From: Heterodontus francisci
Taxonomy: Eukaryota
Reading direction: 5' to 3'
Length of the DNA: 64,000 nt
NCBI RefSeq assembly: GCF_036365525.1
Contig: NC_090412.1
Coordinates: 22,016,029-22,080,028, forward strand
The position numbers and the translations under genes were made by a program. Numbering within the stretch: position 1 is the stretch's first letter; each line of letters begins with the position of its first letter. Below the pieces are notes generated by a model. The model was not told the DNA's origin, searched no databases, and was given only the letters and a program-made list of their open reading frames with translations. Positions 25,846-38,290 of this stretch are shown one piece after another.

Positions 25846-27278
25846 TCCTTCCTTTCTTTGTCCTACAAGCACTAAGATATCTGCGTCACCTACATCTAGC
25901 AGTGTTCTCTTACTTTCTTTCATTGGACAGAATAAGAGAGCAAACCATGCTGAATTCTAGGTGACATCCACAGCCGACAGACCCAGTGGAGACCCATGGT
26001 CACATGGTGTAGCAGGTCTGTTAAGGGTCACAGGTAAAGAACAGGTAGTCTACTAGTGGCATCCAGACTGTATTGTAATACTCTGATACCTATTTATGCA
26101 CAGTGTAATGGATTCAGATGTAATGCAAAAAATAGTAATCCATGATTCATTTATTGAAAATCACATCAAAACATATGCTGACACACAATATTAATAGTAA
26201 TAAGAATACAGAGATGAAAAGCATTTTATCCATTGATCTGTGGGTAGAGTTTAAAATTAAGTAGGTACTGAGGCCATCTTGGGTTCTCTGAATGTTTGAT
26301 TGTTCTTTGACAGTTGGGCAAACCTCTAACTGTTTGAGTCTTCACCAGTTCCTCAGCACAGTGTTTAGGAGAGGTTGGTGGTTATCACTCCCTAACCAGA
26401 TCCTTACACCATATATTGGGTTGTTATTCACAAGACCCTGCATGTTGTTGTATAGATCTACCCATAGAAATTTCTGAGGTTATATTTTCACAAAACCCCA
26501 TGTGGTCACTTCACCCCAGAATTAACATTAATCATCTAGTTGTCTTGCCATAGTTCTGCCTCTATCATTAGCTTAAGATAATTTGTCTGCTTTCTAATGT
26601 CTAGCTGTATAATCTCACCTCGAGTGTGGTACGTTTAGTAACTTACAGCAAAAAAAGCAGCATAGCCTGCAAAGCATGATAGTTAAAAGCATTAAGCAAA
26701 AGATTTCAATTTGCCACTATCCCCAATATTCTTATGAGTTCCCCACCTTGATGGAGAGAAGACTATGTCTTCGACCCCTCACCTATTTAATCAATTTGTT
26801 CCAACAGAGGGTGGTTTTGCATGGAACACATTAGGTTTTAACTTGGAAACCCACCTGCATACACAGAAGGTAGAAATTTATCAACAATATGGTAACTAGG
26901 ACTTGTATGTTCGGAAAGGTATATAACACTGAAAATGTCTGTGGAGATTCACCTGCATTCTAGGCATCCTTCCACCAAGATTTAACCCCAGTAATTTGTA
27001 TACCTTTCTCTACTTCCTTGTTAACCTGCTGCATCTTTAACACTTCCATCGAAGACACTTGTAAGACTGAATGATAAAGGAGGAATGTGTGCCTGAATTG
27101 AATTACAGCCTATAATACTTCCTCCATCAAGTCCCCACAGATTAGCAGTCTGCTGATGCCATGATCAACTAGTTACTGGGGCACACCAATGGGACCGTAG
27201 CTCAAAACCATGGGTTGGGGGGTGCAGGGCTACACATGCCCTGGGCTGTGTTCGTGGACATTCCCTATCTCTGTGTAA

Positions 27279-27484
27279 CCTCCCACCGCCAAAGACTTGC
27301 AGGTGATAGGTAAATTGGCCATTGTAAATTGCCCCTAGTGTAGGTAGGTGGTGGGGAATATGGGATTGCTGTAGGGTTAGTATAAATGGGTGGTTCTTGG
27401 TCGGCACAGACTCAGTGGGCCGAAGGGCCTGTTTCAGTGCTGTATCTCTAAATAAAAATAAAAAATAAATAAATAAAATAAAAA
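27279..27484 (+). mobile_element. V-SINE 3' half inserted in the ERV
   Basis: Matches the 3' half of the 19776-20136 and 33172-33500 SINEs; (AAAT)n tail. Confidence 0.85.
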
Positions 27485-27832
27485 CATTGATTAGTCACAT
27501 CCCATCTGGGTCGCCAATTATAATGGATACGGACCTGATGGCAAAAAATGGTAATCAGTGATTCGTTAATTGAAAATCACATCAGACATATGCTGACAAA
27601 CAATATTAATAGTAATAAGAATACAACAATAAAAAGCATTTAATCTACTGATCTCTGGGCATAGTTTGTAACTAAGTTGGTACTGTAGCCATTTCGAGTT
27701 CTCTGACACTAGGATTGCTCTCTGATAGTTCAGTTGATGCTAACTGTTTAGTGGTCTTCACCACTCCCACAGTATTGAGTGTAGGAGAGTTTGGTTATTA
27801 TAGCCCCCTAACTAGATCCTCACACCATATAT

Positions 27833-29562
27833 GTAGAAAGTAGAGAGCAGATCTAAAAAAGAGGATAAGAGGGGCAAAGATGAGAATGGATCAGCAGCTG
27901 ACATAAAAGGTAAGCTAAAAGTTTTTTTATAAACACAGAAGTAGTAAAGAGGTAATCAAAGGAAGAGTGGGCTGATTGGGGACCAAAATGGAGATATTCT
28001 TTTGGAGGCAAAGGGCATGGCTGAGGTACCAAATAAGTACATTGCACTTGTCTCCCCACAGCCTCCTTAAAAGGTTACAACAGACTACCTAAGAGTGGAT
28101 TGATTGCCTCCCCCGCCCCTCACCCCTGTTATGCCCACCCTTAAAACCAGAAGTTGCAGGTTCAAACCAGGTTGGATTTTTGTTTCAGATTTTTAACTTT
28201 TTAATCTCCCACCTGACCCAAACCCACCTGTTTTTGGAGGTTAAAATTACCCGTTATAATCAGGGGCAGAATTAATTGGCATTTGGAAAGGAATGGGCTA
28301 ATAAATCAAAGTCACCGTGCATTTGTTAAAGGTAAGTTGTATTTGACTAACTTAATGGAGAGGGTGGATGAAGGTAGTGCAGTTGATGTTGTATATTTGG
28401 ACTTTCAACACACTTTTGACGAGTACCATATGATAGACTTGTCTGCAAACTTAAAGCCCATGGGATTAAAGGAACAGTGACAGCATAGATTCAAAATTGG
28501 CGAAGGGACAGTAAGCACACAGTAGTGGTGAATGGTTGTTTTTGGTGCTAGAGAGAAGTGATGTTCTCCAGAAATCAGTATTAGGAGCACTGGTCTTTTT
28601 GATTATATATATTAATGACCTGGACTTGGGTATGCAAGGCATAATTTCAAAGTTTGCAGATGATGCAAAACTTGGAAATGGAATAAACAGAGGAAGATAG
28701 TCACAGATGACAGGAGGACATAGACAGACTGGTGAAATGGGCAGACATGTGGCAGATGAAATTTAACACACAGAAGTGTGAAGTGATACATTTTGGTAGG
28801 AAGAATAAGAAGAGGCAATATAAACTAAATGGTGCAATTTTAAAGGGAGTGGAGAAACAGAGAGACCTGGGGGTGTATGTACACAAGTCTTTGAAGGTAG
28901 CAGAACAAGTTGAGAAGGCTGTTCAAAAAGCATATCACATCATTGGCTTTATTAACAGAGGAATAGAGTACAAAAGCAAGGAAGTTATGCTAAACCTTTA
29001 TAAGACACTGGTTAAGCTTCTGCTGGAATTTTATCTTCAAATCTGAGCGCCAGACTTTCAGCAGGATGTTAAAGCTTTAGAGCGGGTGCAGAAGAGCTTT
29101 ACTAGAATGGCACCAGAGATGAGAGACTTCAGTTATGTGGAGAGACTGGAAAAGCTGAGGTTGTTCTTAGAGCAGAGAAGGTTACGAGATTAGTTAGAGG
29201 TGTTCAAAATCATGAACAGTTTTGATAGAGTACATATGGAGAAAAAGTTTCCAATGTCAGAAGGGTCAGTAACCAGAGGACATAGATTTAAGGTGATTGG
29301 CAAAAGAACCAGAGGTGACCTGAGGAAACATTTTTTACACAGCGAGTTGTTGTGATCTGGAATGCACTGCCTGAAAGGGCAGTGGAAGCAGCTTCAGTTG
29401 TAAAATTAGAAGAGAACTGTATAAATACTTGAAGGGAAAGAATTTACAGGACTGTGGGGTAGTAGCAAGGAAGTGAAAATAATTGGATAGCTCTACTAAA
29501 GATAGGCATGATGGACTGAACCTCTCCCTTTTATGCTGTATCATTCTATAATTTTGTAAATC
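27833..29562 (+). mobile_element. CR1 LINE inserted in the ERV 5' LTR
   Basis: VYLDFQ, KFADD, WQMKFN, QRDLGV motifs; LTR homology stops at 27832 and resumes at ~29563. Confidence 0.88.
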
Positions 29563-30180
29563 TATGGGGTTGTTATTCACAAGATCTCCCCAGGTGACCA
29601 GCTCAGCCAAAAATTTAACATTAATTTTCTAGTTGTCTCACCTCAGCTTCCATCAGTTTCTGAGGATCATTTTTTTAAATTAACTAATTGTTTCACCTCA
29701 CCATATGTTTGACAAGGTTCACCCATCAGTCAAAAGTTAATATTCTTTCACTGCAGGAAAAAGAAGAAACATCCTGCAAAGCATGATAGTCAAAAGCATT
29801 AAGCAGAAGATATAATTTTGTCACTATCTCCAATAACAAGAACATTTCCTAAATCTTCCCCTGACTGATAACCTTGTACCTGCACCCACACATGCACCAA
29901 AACCTTCACCTTCATATCAGAATCGTATAATTTTATGGAAAACATATCTTAAATTTTCTGAAGCCCCTACCCTCTCCATAACATGTCATTTAGTTACCCT
30001 GATAAATATCTTGAAAGAACAATCAGTTTATTAAAAATATACACTTACTAAATAATGATTTCTGACATTTATGAATCAGCCTTAAGTTAGGGAGAAGCCA
30101 GAACTGGGCTTATGTTTTGGGAATACAGGTGAAACATCCATCAATGATGTGATCTACCCTTTTGCAATGGGTAATGTTAT

Positions 30181-32019
30181 TCAGTCTATTGTTGTATTGG
30201 AACGCACGCACCATGTCGGATGCCTTAGAGTAGACATCATATTCCTAAAACCTGGCAAATGTCTCTTCTCTTTCGCTGGCTGTTCCATCACACATGTTCC
30301 GTCAACATGAGTACCCAACTGCTTCACTGTATTTTCAGCTGTGGACATCTTGTCCTTTTCATGCTGTTCTATCTGAATCTCCAGATGTTTCTGTATAGCA
30401 AGACCAAGGACCTCAGGATCTACAGAGGCCCCATAGACTTCCCATGTCATCCCTTTGTCATCCCATTGTACTTCTCGGACTGGGGACTCCTGAATCAGCT
30501 GGTTCTCTTCAAGGTTAACCTCTGGGAACATATGAACCAGGCGCCTATCAGTTGGAGACATGGGGTTGGTCCCTACTGACCTGTAGTCAACTGGCAATGA
30601 AGTCTGTATCTGTGCATCTTTATGTTCCAGCTGATGATGAAATCTAAGGGTCAGGTCTGTTACAGAAGTCATAGTCCATGTGTCTCGTGTTCTCACACCC
30701 ACATTACAATTTGGATTGTGCTGCAGCAAAGGGTGAGAAACATTTTCCAGTTCCACTTTTTCCCTGTCTGAGGTGTGAGAATTCCTATCAATCACAGTGC
30801 GGACAGCTTCATTTTCTAGGGTTCCATGGCATTTCAGAAGATGCCTTGCATCCAACCTGGATTCACTTACTGAAGACACCAACTTCGGGAATGTCAGAAT
30901 ACCCGCAACTGGCAGTGGATGACAACATGCATCGACAACAGTTCCTCTTCCAGTTTCACTGACAGAACTGACTAACCTTGGAAAGAGATGGATAGCGGGG
31001 ATTGGCAGAGAATGACAGTAAGCCGGAGTAGTGTCTTGTAACCTCAGATCAGATATCATGTGGCTTTGGAATCCAGTACAAGTGTGATTGTCCATTAAAC
31101 TGTCTTGGTGGGTGGTAACTCCTTCCCTATATGCCACGTTACCCTGATCTGTGGTGATTGCCTCATTCCCAGTCACACTATTGCCTTGATATTGTCTACC
31201 AGATTCTTGGACAGCCATGACACCTGGATAATTGGGAGAACTCTCTGTAAACATGAAATGGCCCTGATGCATGGGATTACACACATTATTGGCTATACTA
31301 TTGACTTGATGCTCAGCAATGGCTGCACTTTCTCTCACATTTTCCTGAAGCCCAACATCAGTTTCAGTCCCTGAAATATTGATCATAATCCTTTGACTAC
31401 AATCTTTAGTCATCATTTCATCTTGAGGAGTTACACTATAGCCTCTGCCAGGCACAGTAGCTTGATGTACAGCAGTAGTCTTACTGTGCATGAAATTGCC
31501 TCGATAGCAGTTCTCCTTATAGCCACAAATGATGTCTGAGCAACTCCTGTGTATCATCTTAGCCTGCAATTTTCCCAAGTTCGAGTCTGCGTGTAACTTT
31601 GCGTCTGTGTCCCTTCTCGTGGATGAGTTCATGTTGGTGTGGCTGTTGGCATGGATGTTCGTAGCATCCTGAAATATTAGGGATTCGGAGACATGTTTGG
31701 GATCAGGGATGGTTCCCATTTGGAAGCAGCCACACAAGGGGATCAAAGTGAAATTATCTTGCAGTGTGAAACATGATGGATGATGAGGACGTCTCATGTC
31801 CGTTTCACCTGAGCTGCTTGGAGAGACAACACTACTGAAAGACTTCTTCAGTTCTTGTTTAGTCGTCGGCATTTCTCCTATGCTGCCCCTTCTGGGGAAT
31901 AGGGTGTCAGAAGAACTTTTCGAAAGTGGGAAACAGTCTGGTTCCAGAGTGTTGTGACATGCTGTGTTCTGGGTTTCCTGGAAGGAATGGTCAGATAGTC
32001 TTCGACTGTAGGTAGCCAT
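30181..32019 (-). CDS. GPRIN2-like: G protein-regulated inducer of neurite outgrowth (GPRIN2-like) protein, 612 aa, single coding exon
   Basis: GRIN C-terminal domain SPVREVQWDDKGMTWEVYGASVDPEVLGLAIQKHLE plus GPRIN2-type motifs (PLSKSSS, RSCSD, PKLVSSVSES, WTMTS, FPEV). Acceptor catttcag sits immediately before A-ATG at 32019. Candidate AATAAA at 30032-30027. Confidence 0.92.
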   Translation of the reverse strand: MATYSRRLSDHSFQETQNTACHNTLEPDCFPLSKSSSDTLFPRRGSIGEMPTTKQELKKSFSSVVSPSSSGETDMRRPHHPSCFTLQDNFTLIPLCGCFQMGTIPDPKHVSESLIFQDATNIHANSHTNMNSSTRRDTDAKLHADSNLGKLQAKMIHRSCSDIICGYKENCYRGNFMHSKTTAVHQATVPGRGYSVTPQDEMMTKDCSQRIMINISGTETDVGLQENVRESAAIAEHQVNSIANNVCNPMHQGHFMFTESSPNYPGVMAVQESGRQYQGNSVTGNEAITTDQGNVAYREGVTTHQDSLMDNHTCTGFQSHMISDLRLQDTTPAYCHSLPIPAIHLFPRLVSSVSETGRGTVVDACCHPLPVAGILTFPKLVSSVSESRLDARHLLKCHGTLENEAVRTVIDRNSHTSDREKVELENVSHPLLQHNPNCNVGVRTRDTWTMTSVTDLTLRFHHQLEHKDAQIQTSLPVDYRSVGTNPMSPTDRRLVHMFPEVNLEENQLIQESPVREVQWDDKGMTWEVYGASVDPEVLGLAIQKHLEIQIEQHEKDKMSTAENTVKQLGTHVDGTCVMEQPAKEKRHLPGFRNMMSTLRHPTWCVRSNTTID

Positions 32020-33171
32020 TCTGAAATGACACTCTGTCATGTTGAGAAACAATACAAAGAAGGAATAATAAGTCATGGATATGTATCTTTTTCCTCCTTC
32101 CCCACCACTCTCCCAGCAAGAAATTTTCTCCCACCTCTCCTGAAGGAAAGGACATACTGGAATGCATTTCCACAGGTACCAGTTACACTCTAGTTCTGGC
32201 TCCTAAGTCTCACTTGAGTGTCTTCAAATCATTTGTGGCCTTACCCAGAGCCCAGACAAGCAGTAATCAGTAGCAATCACTCGCCTGTTTTTCTTCCCCT
32301 CACTGACCCAGGGTCGCTCAAACTAATTGCAGCACGCCTTACTTCCATCTTAGCTCAGGCCAACGAATCTAACACAGACCAGGAACTTATCCTGGGATCT
32401 TGAAATCCAAATGGTTTGGTTACACAGTGTTTCATTTTGATGTGGAAGTCAAGGAGTTTTTAAGTCCATGAATTTAGAGTCATGAAATATTTAAGAGGAA
32501 AACTATCTTGTCCATTCAGATCTTCCATGCAGAAATACCCAACAGTCTCCCCACCATAGCATCCTACTGCTTCTTAAATGGTTCAAAGGTTTTTGCCTAT
32601 ACTACTGTACCTGGACACCCATCCCCTGTGCTGATTGGTCTCTGTGTCCTAAGTTTGCCTTTAACTGGTTTGAACATCTTAAAATCACAGTCCAGATTGA
32701 AGTAACATTCTGGATTTATCTTCCCCAGGCTGTTTACTAACTTATAACCCCCGATAAAGTACCCTCTCAGTTGTTCCTTTCAAGACTCTTCCTCGATATC
32801 ATTTTGAGTTCAAATTTGTTCCTACGCTTTCTCAATAGATGCACTGTCCCAGTTCCATCCCCTTGTCTATGCTGATCTCAACTGGAACAGTAGTTCAGGT
32901 GCTACATTTGGCCACAGTGCTCCTGGGTTAGAGAGAAAACTCAGCTAGAGCTCCCACTTCTGATTGCTGTCCACTCATCAACGATGGCAAGTTTGCACTT
33001 ACGGACTTTGGGTGGACTCAAAGAATTGGGCTTAACAGTGATCCCATCAATGGTCAAATAGCTCTCCAGATACCTAGACCTGGATATTAATGGTTGGGTT
33101 ATGGTGGTAGTGGGGTGGGCAGAATTTCAGATGGGAAACCCAGCAGTCTGGGTTTTAACTCTGCAGAACCT

Positions 33172-33500
33172 CTGCAGCCTCACAGCTCCAGCGACCCAGG
33201 TTCAATTCTGGGTACTGCCTGTGTGGAGTTTGCAAGTTCTCCCTGTGTCTGCGTGGGTTTCCTCCGGGTGCTCCGGTTTCCTCCCACAGCCAAAAGACTT
33301 GCAGGTTGATAGGTAAATTGGCCATTATAAATTGCCCCTAGTATAGGTAGGTGGTAGGGGAATATAGGGACAGGTGAGGATGTGGTAGGAATATGGAATT
33401 AGTGTAGGATTAGTATAAATGGGTGGTTAATGGTCGGCACAGACTCGGTGGGCCGAAGGACCTGTTTCAGTGCTGTATCTCTAAATCTAAAAATCTAAAA
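33172..33500 (+). mobile_element. V-SINE (HE1-like), slightly 5'-truncated
   Basis: High identity to 19776-20136. Confidence 0.88.
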
Positions 33501-34319
33501 CCTTGGCTGCAGGAGCAGTTAGGTCCAATCCCCGACTCTGAAGGGTCTTTGTATTGGGGAAGGGGGCCTGTTGGCGTTGGGGAGCTTGGTGGGATGGGTG
33601 GAGACACTCTTGCTCATCCTGGCCAACAAGCTGTGCTGCAAAACACTTAGCTTCTCTCCAGAGTTGTCCTTGCCTCCCATCAGCCGGGGTTTCTGAGACC
33701 TTGAAACCTGGTCAGCCACTGGTAAACCTGCAAAGCAGGTTAAATCAGAGGCTGTTAGCCTCATTAAAATATATAAATTGCCAACTCGCCTTCTGGGAGT
33801 CGGTTACCTGCCTGCCCTTGTCCCACATCCATTAAACCCACAAGTGGACAGATTTGGGTCGCGTTTGAGATTTTAAAAATTTTAACATTTGGCTTGACCC
33901 CAACACACCCATTTTTGGGGGTTTCAAATTCACCCCTCACTATCAAGGTTCACTGACAAATAATGGCCACTTGGGCAAGGGCCTGGAGCACTGACTGTAT
34001 TCACAGAAACCTCCCAAGGCAAGAGTCAGTACCTTCAATGGAGGATGGGAGAAAAGGAGAGAAAATGGGAAAGCAGGTGCAGGTAAAGGCTTAATTTTGT
34101 ACGCAGACCCATGAATTAGATTTAAAGAAATGAAACATGCTGACAGGTTGGAAAAATCACATTGAAGGTAAGTGTTATACAGAGCACAATGGACAGCTCA
34201 CAGTCAGTTCCACAGAGATTACTGGGGCAAGAGCACACTGGATACACGTGGTAATGGGCACACAGGATACTGGACAGGTGGTATGAATAATTAGCTTTGG
34301 TATCTGTATGGCATCAGTA

Positions 34320-34500
34320 GGTGGTCTGTCTGTGTCAGTATGGTGTGAGTGTCCATAAGGTATGTGTGTCAGTGTTTTGAGTGTGTCAGTGTGGTATATG
34401 TCACTGTGGTGATGTGTGTCAGTGTGGGTCAGTATGGTGTGTGTGTTTGAGTGGTGTGTCAATGTGATGTTTGTGTCCTTGTGGTGTGTGTCCATATGTG
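34320..34500 (+). repeat. Degenerate TG-rich tandem repeat
   Basis: Recurring GTGTCAGT(A/G)TGGTGTG units. Confidence 0.6.
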
Positions 34501-35159
34501 TGGAAGCCAATGTAACCGTGGGAGAATGAATGTAATTAGACGGTTATTGTACTCATGCGGTATAGAATGGGCACATGCTGGGAAATGAGGATGAGAATCA
34601 GAGCCAGTGTGTGAGAGATAGAGAAATTGGGATCAAGATGGAATCTAACCAGTATCGGGGTGTGAGAGTGTTAGCATGGAACAATCCATAACGACACAGA
34701 AAAGTGCTAGGGAAGGGATGGAGCATCCTCAGAGAAAGTGATGAGGTTACCATGAGGGCCAGGCAACAGCACAAGGGGCCAGTCAGGCTGGACAGGGAGA
34801 TTGAGAGCCGGGCTGTGAGGGATTGGGGCTCCTGTACTACAGGCCCAGGCAGAGAGGGAAGGGAGAAGGGATTTGGAGGCAGTAACAGATGCAGATTCAT
34901 TCATGGAGATCCTGTGTCCCGACAAGCAGGGACATCTTGAAAAGCAGCCTCCATTCTCTGATCTAATTCACCCAGCCCACACTGGGAGAAAGCAAGACTT
35001 GCTATTTATTCCATCTGTGCTCAGCCATTTAACGAGGCGTCATCGACCCAACAAACCAAGATCGATTCCCAGGGGTTTTGCTTTTTGAGCAATATTTTTT
35101 AAAAAAACAAGCTAAACATACCACCGAGATGATGATCTATTTGTAAAAGCAACAGGCCT

Positions 35160-35800
35160 CTTACCTGCTGATAACATCCCCGCACATAACACGCCTCGTC
35201 TCTCAACAAGCTGCAGCTCAGGTCAAAACACACATTAATTATTGTGATTAGAGCGCTAAGAATTGGGAGAGTAAACCGTTCCCGTGGAGTATCATCAAAT
35301 ATCTCGCCTTTCGCCGGTGCCTGGCCTCAGTGACAGCCTCTCAAGAATAACAAAACAAATAATAATAAAATGATCAAAGGATCAGCAGTTTTATCAGCCA
35401 CCTGGTACATTGCTGAAGAAATCCCTCTGGAACGTTCTGCCAGGCAACAGCACTCACCGTTTAAGGGGTAGGGGGAGAGATCCAGGATATCCACAGCTTA
35501 AATTAAAGCCCCTTGCAATTATTAATGGTGTTATTTGTGTGTGCTTTCTCCCCACCCTCAGTGTATTCTGGAAATGAGAAGTTGGAATAGCAGCAGGCCA
35601 GGCTGGCTAAGGCACACAGCTCCCGTCTTCCACCAGAGCTCACACCATGCAGGCGAAATGGAGAGAGAGAGAGAGAGAGGGGATAAATCTATTGTTTCAT
35701 CCGATTAATGAAGACAGTGCCGGGCTGCTCTCCTAATGCCGCCCGTGTGGCAGCAGCTCTGAGCAATCAGGTGGGCTGGCTCTCTTTTCATTTCATTTTC
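35160..35800 (-). promoter_or_regulatory. Probable 5' non-coding exon(s)/promoter of the GPRIN-like gene
   Basis: Repeat-free, CpG-retaining block with strong minus-strand donors CAG|GTAAGA (35164) and ACG|GTGAGT (35457), and (GA)n at 35660-35680. Confidence 0.5.
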
Positions 35801-36984
35801 ACTCAAAAGTGATTCATGCCGACTGATTCCCAATTCCTAACCGCCCCCCCCCCCAACCCCCGCACCCTTTCCTCTCCATCTCTACATATCTCCCCAGTAT
35901 CACCTTTATGTATCTCTATCTGCCTCTTTGCATCTTTCTCTCTCAGCCACTGCTTGCAAAACCTTTATTTCTTTCTCTGTGCAACTCTGTCTCTGATCCT
36001 TGCCTTTCAATCTTCCTGTTTAACTGTATCTGCTTCACCTTCGCTGCTTTGTGTTCTGTACCCCTTCCTGTCTCCATCCCCACCATCTGATACCCAGCAG
36101 TGTTTGCTGCATTTCCACTTTGCCTTACTTCCTTGCTGTGCACCAAATGAAGTGAAAAATAACGAAGCCATCGCTATCAGCCTTATGTGTATTTAATGTG
36201 ATGGTTCAAATGCCTGCCGTGAAATGGCTGCTGTGGAGATGATATTGCTACTTTAAGAAGAGATAATTGGGAATGCCCCGCATGTGTCCAGTGCAGTATT
36301 ATTTTATTGTTGTGGTAGTTTTAAATCCTACTTATTGCCCATTCAAAATATTTGTGTGCATATATATATATATATAAATGATACCAAGGTGATAATTCAA
36401 GACTCAGAGTGCAGGGAACCATCAGACTGCAAGTGAAAAAGAAGTGAATAACTTTTAAATATAATTACATAGAACTTACAACACAGAAATAGCCCATTCA
36501 GTGTTTATGGTCCACAGACGCCTCCTCGCACTCGGCATATCCTTTTATTCCTTACTCCCTCATGTACTTATCTATCTTCCTCTTAAATGCACCTCAACTG
36601 CTCCTTGTGATCGCAAGTTCCACATTCTAATGACTCTCTGGGTAAAGAAGTGTCTCCTCAACTCCTTATTGGAGTTTCTTGCTGACTATCTTATATTTGT
36701 GGCTCCTAGTTTTGGACTCCCCCACAAGTGAAAACATCTCTATAATTTTATAGATCTCTATCAGGTCACCTCTTTTCTAGAGAGAAGAGTCACTGACTGT
36801 TCAATCCTTCTTCATTGTTGTTCCTTGCAGTTCTGGTAACATTTAGTGCAGATTAAACTTGGACTTTGAGTGGGGAAGGAAGTGTGAGAGTAGGGGACCA
36901 GGTGACAGCAGCATTAGGGCTGAGGATAAGGATGACTTTTTTGCCATTTCGATGTTGCCCTTGGATCAATTGGTAGCTCTCTCA

Positions 36985-37550
36985 ACAACAACTTGCATTT
37001 ATATAGTGCCTTTAACATAGTAAAACGTCCCAAGGTGTTTCACTGGAGCGTTATCAACAAAACCTGACAGCAAGCCACATAAGGAGATATTAGGACAGGT
37101 GACCAAAGGTTTGGTCAAAGAGTTAGATTTCAAAGGAGATTCTTAAAGGAGGAGAGAGAAGCAGAGAGGTTCAGGGAAGGAATTCCGAAGCTTTAGGCCC
37201 AAGCAGCTGACAGCCTGGACGCCAATGCTGGAGAAATTAAAATCAGGAATGTGCAAGAGGCCACAATTGGAGGAGCGCTGAGGGCGGTGGAGCTGGAGGA
37301 GATTACAGAGATAGGGCGGGGTGAGGCCATGGAGTGATCCAAGCACCAGTGCAGGTCAGCGAACGCAGGGATGATGGGGAAATGGGACTTGTTGCAAGTT
37401 AGACTAAGGGCAGCGGAGTTCTGGATCAGCTCAAGTCTATGAAGGGTGGAAAATAGGAGCCCACCAGGAGTGCATTTGAATAGTCGAGTCTAGAGGTAAC
37501 AAAGGCATGGATGAGGGTTTCAGCAGTTGATGAGCAGAGGCAGGATCTCC
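36985..37550 (-). mobile_element. L2 LINE 3' fragment
   Basis: ETLIHAFVTSRLDYSNALL motif and L2 tail. Confidence 0.8.
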
Positions 37551-37559
37551 AATAGATAG

Positions 37560-38290
37560 GCGTTGGTTCAAGGCTGACTCCAGATACTTGTGCATATAAT
37601 CCAGGCTGGCATTCCCAGTGCAGTACCAAGTGACAACTGCACTGTTAGAGGTGCTGTCTTTCAGATGAGATGTTAAAACAAAGCCCCGTCTGACCTCGCA
37701 GATAGATGTAACAGATGCCATGACAATATGTGAAGAAGAACAGGGAAGTTATCATCCTGTCCAATGTTTATCCCTCAACCAATATCACTAAAACAGCTTA
37801 TCTAGTCATTATCACATTGCAGTTTGTGGGGCCTTGCTGAGCTGCAATTCCTGCATTACAACATTGACCACAGTCCAAAAGTAATTCATTGGCTGCAAAG
37901 TGCTATGATGGTCCTGAGGTTGTGAAAGGCACTGGCAATTCTGGCAGTTATTGTCCATCCCTCATTGCCATTGAGAAGGATATGTTGGGCTGTTTTTTGA
38001 ATGGCTACAGTCCATGTGTTCAAGGTACTTTCAGAGTGCTATAGGTGGGAGTTCCAGAATTTTGGCCCAGTGACGATCAAGGAATGATGATATTTAAGTC
38101 CAAGTTGGAATGGTGAGTGCCTTGGAGGGGAACTTGGAGTTGATGGTATTCCAGTGCATCTGCTGCTCTTGAGGTGGTGGAGATTTGGGAGGCGCTGCTG
38201 AAGAAGCCTTGGTGACTTGCTGTAAATAGTACACATTGCAACGATGATACACTGGTGGTAGAGGGAGTCGATGTTGAAGCCTGTTAGAAA
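37560..38290. mobile_element. Deu-SINE fragment (+) followed by CR1-group tail (-)
   Basis: Similarity to 25389-25845 and to 56160-56560 respectively. Confidence 0.6.

Larger units (their letters stand above)
26104..29835 (-). mobile_element. Internally deleted LTR retroelement/ERV with tRNA-Arg PBS
   Basis: Two diverged ~600-bp direct repeats (26104-26728; 27519-27832 plus ~29563-29835). PBS TGGCGACCCAGATGGGA at 27516-27500, purine tract before the 3' LTR, and an env-like remnant at ~27140-26831. Confidence 0.8.

Noticed and set aside
27500-27516. tRNA-Arg 3' end as a tRNA gene
   Set aside because: Only 17 nt including the encoded CCA, adjacent to an LTR end; this is a primer-binding site.
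32020-32076. N-terminal 19-aa extension of the GPRIN-like ORF
   Set aside because: It lies upstream of a good splice acceptor (pyrimidine-rich tract, catttcag) and is probably intronic.
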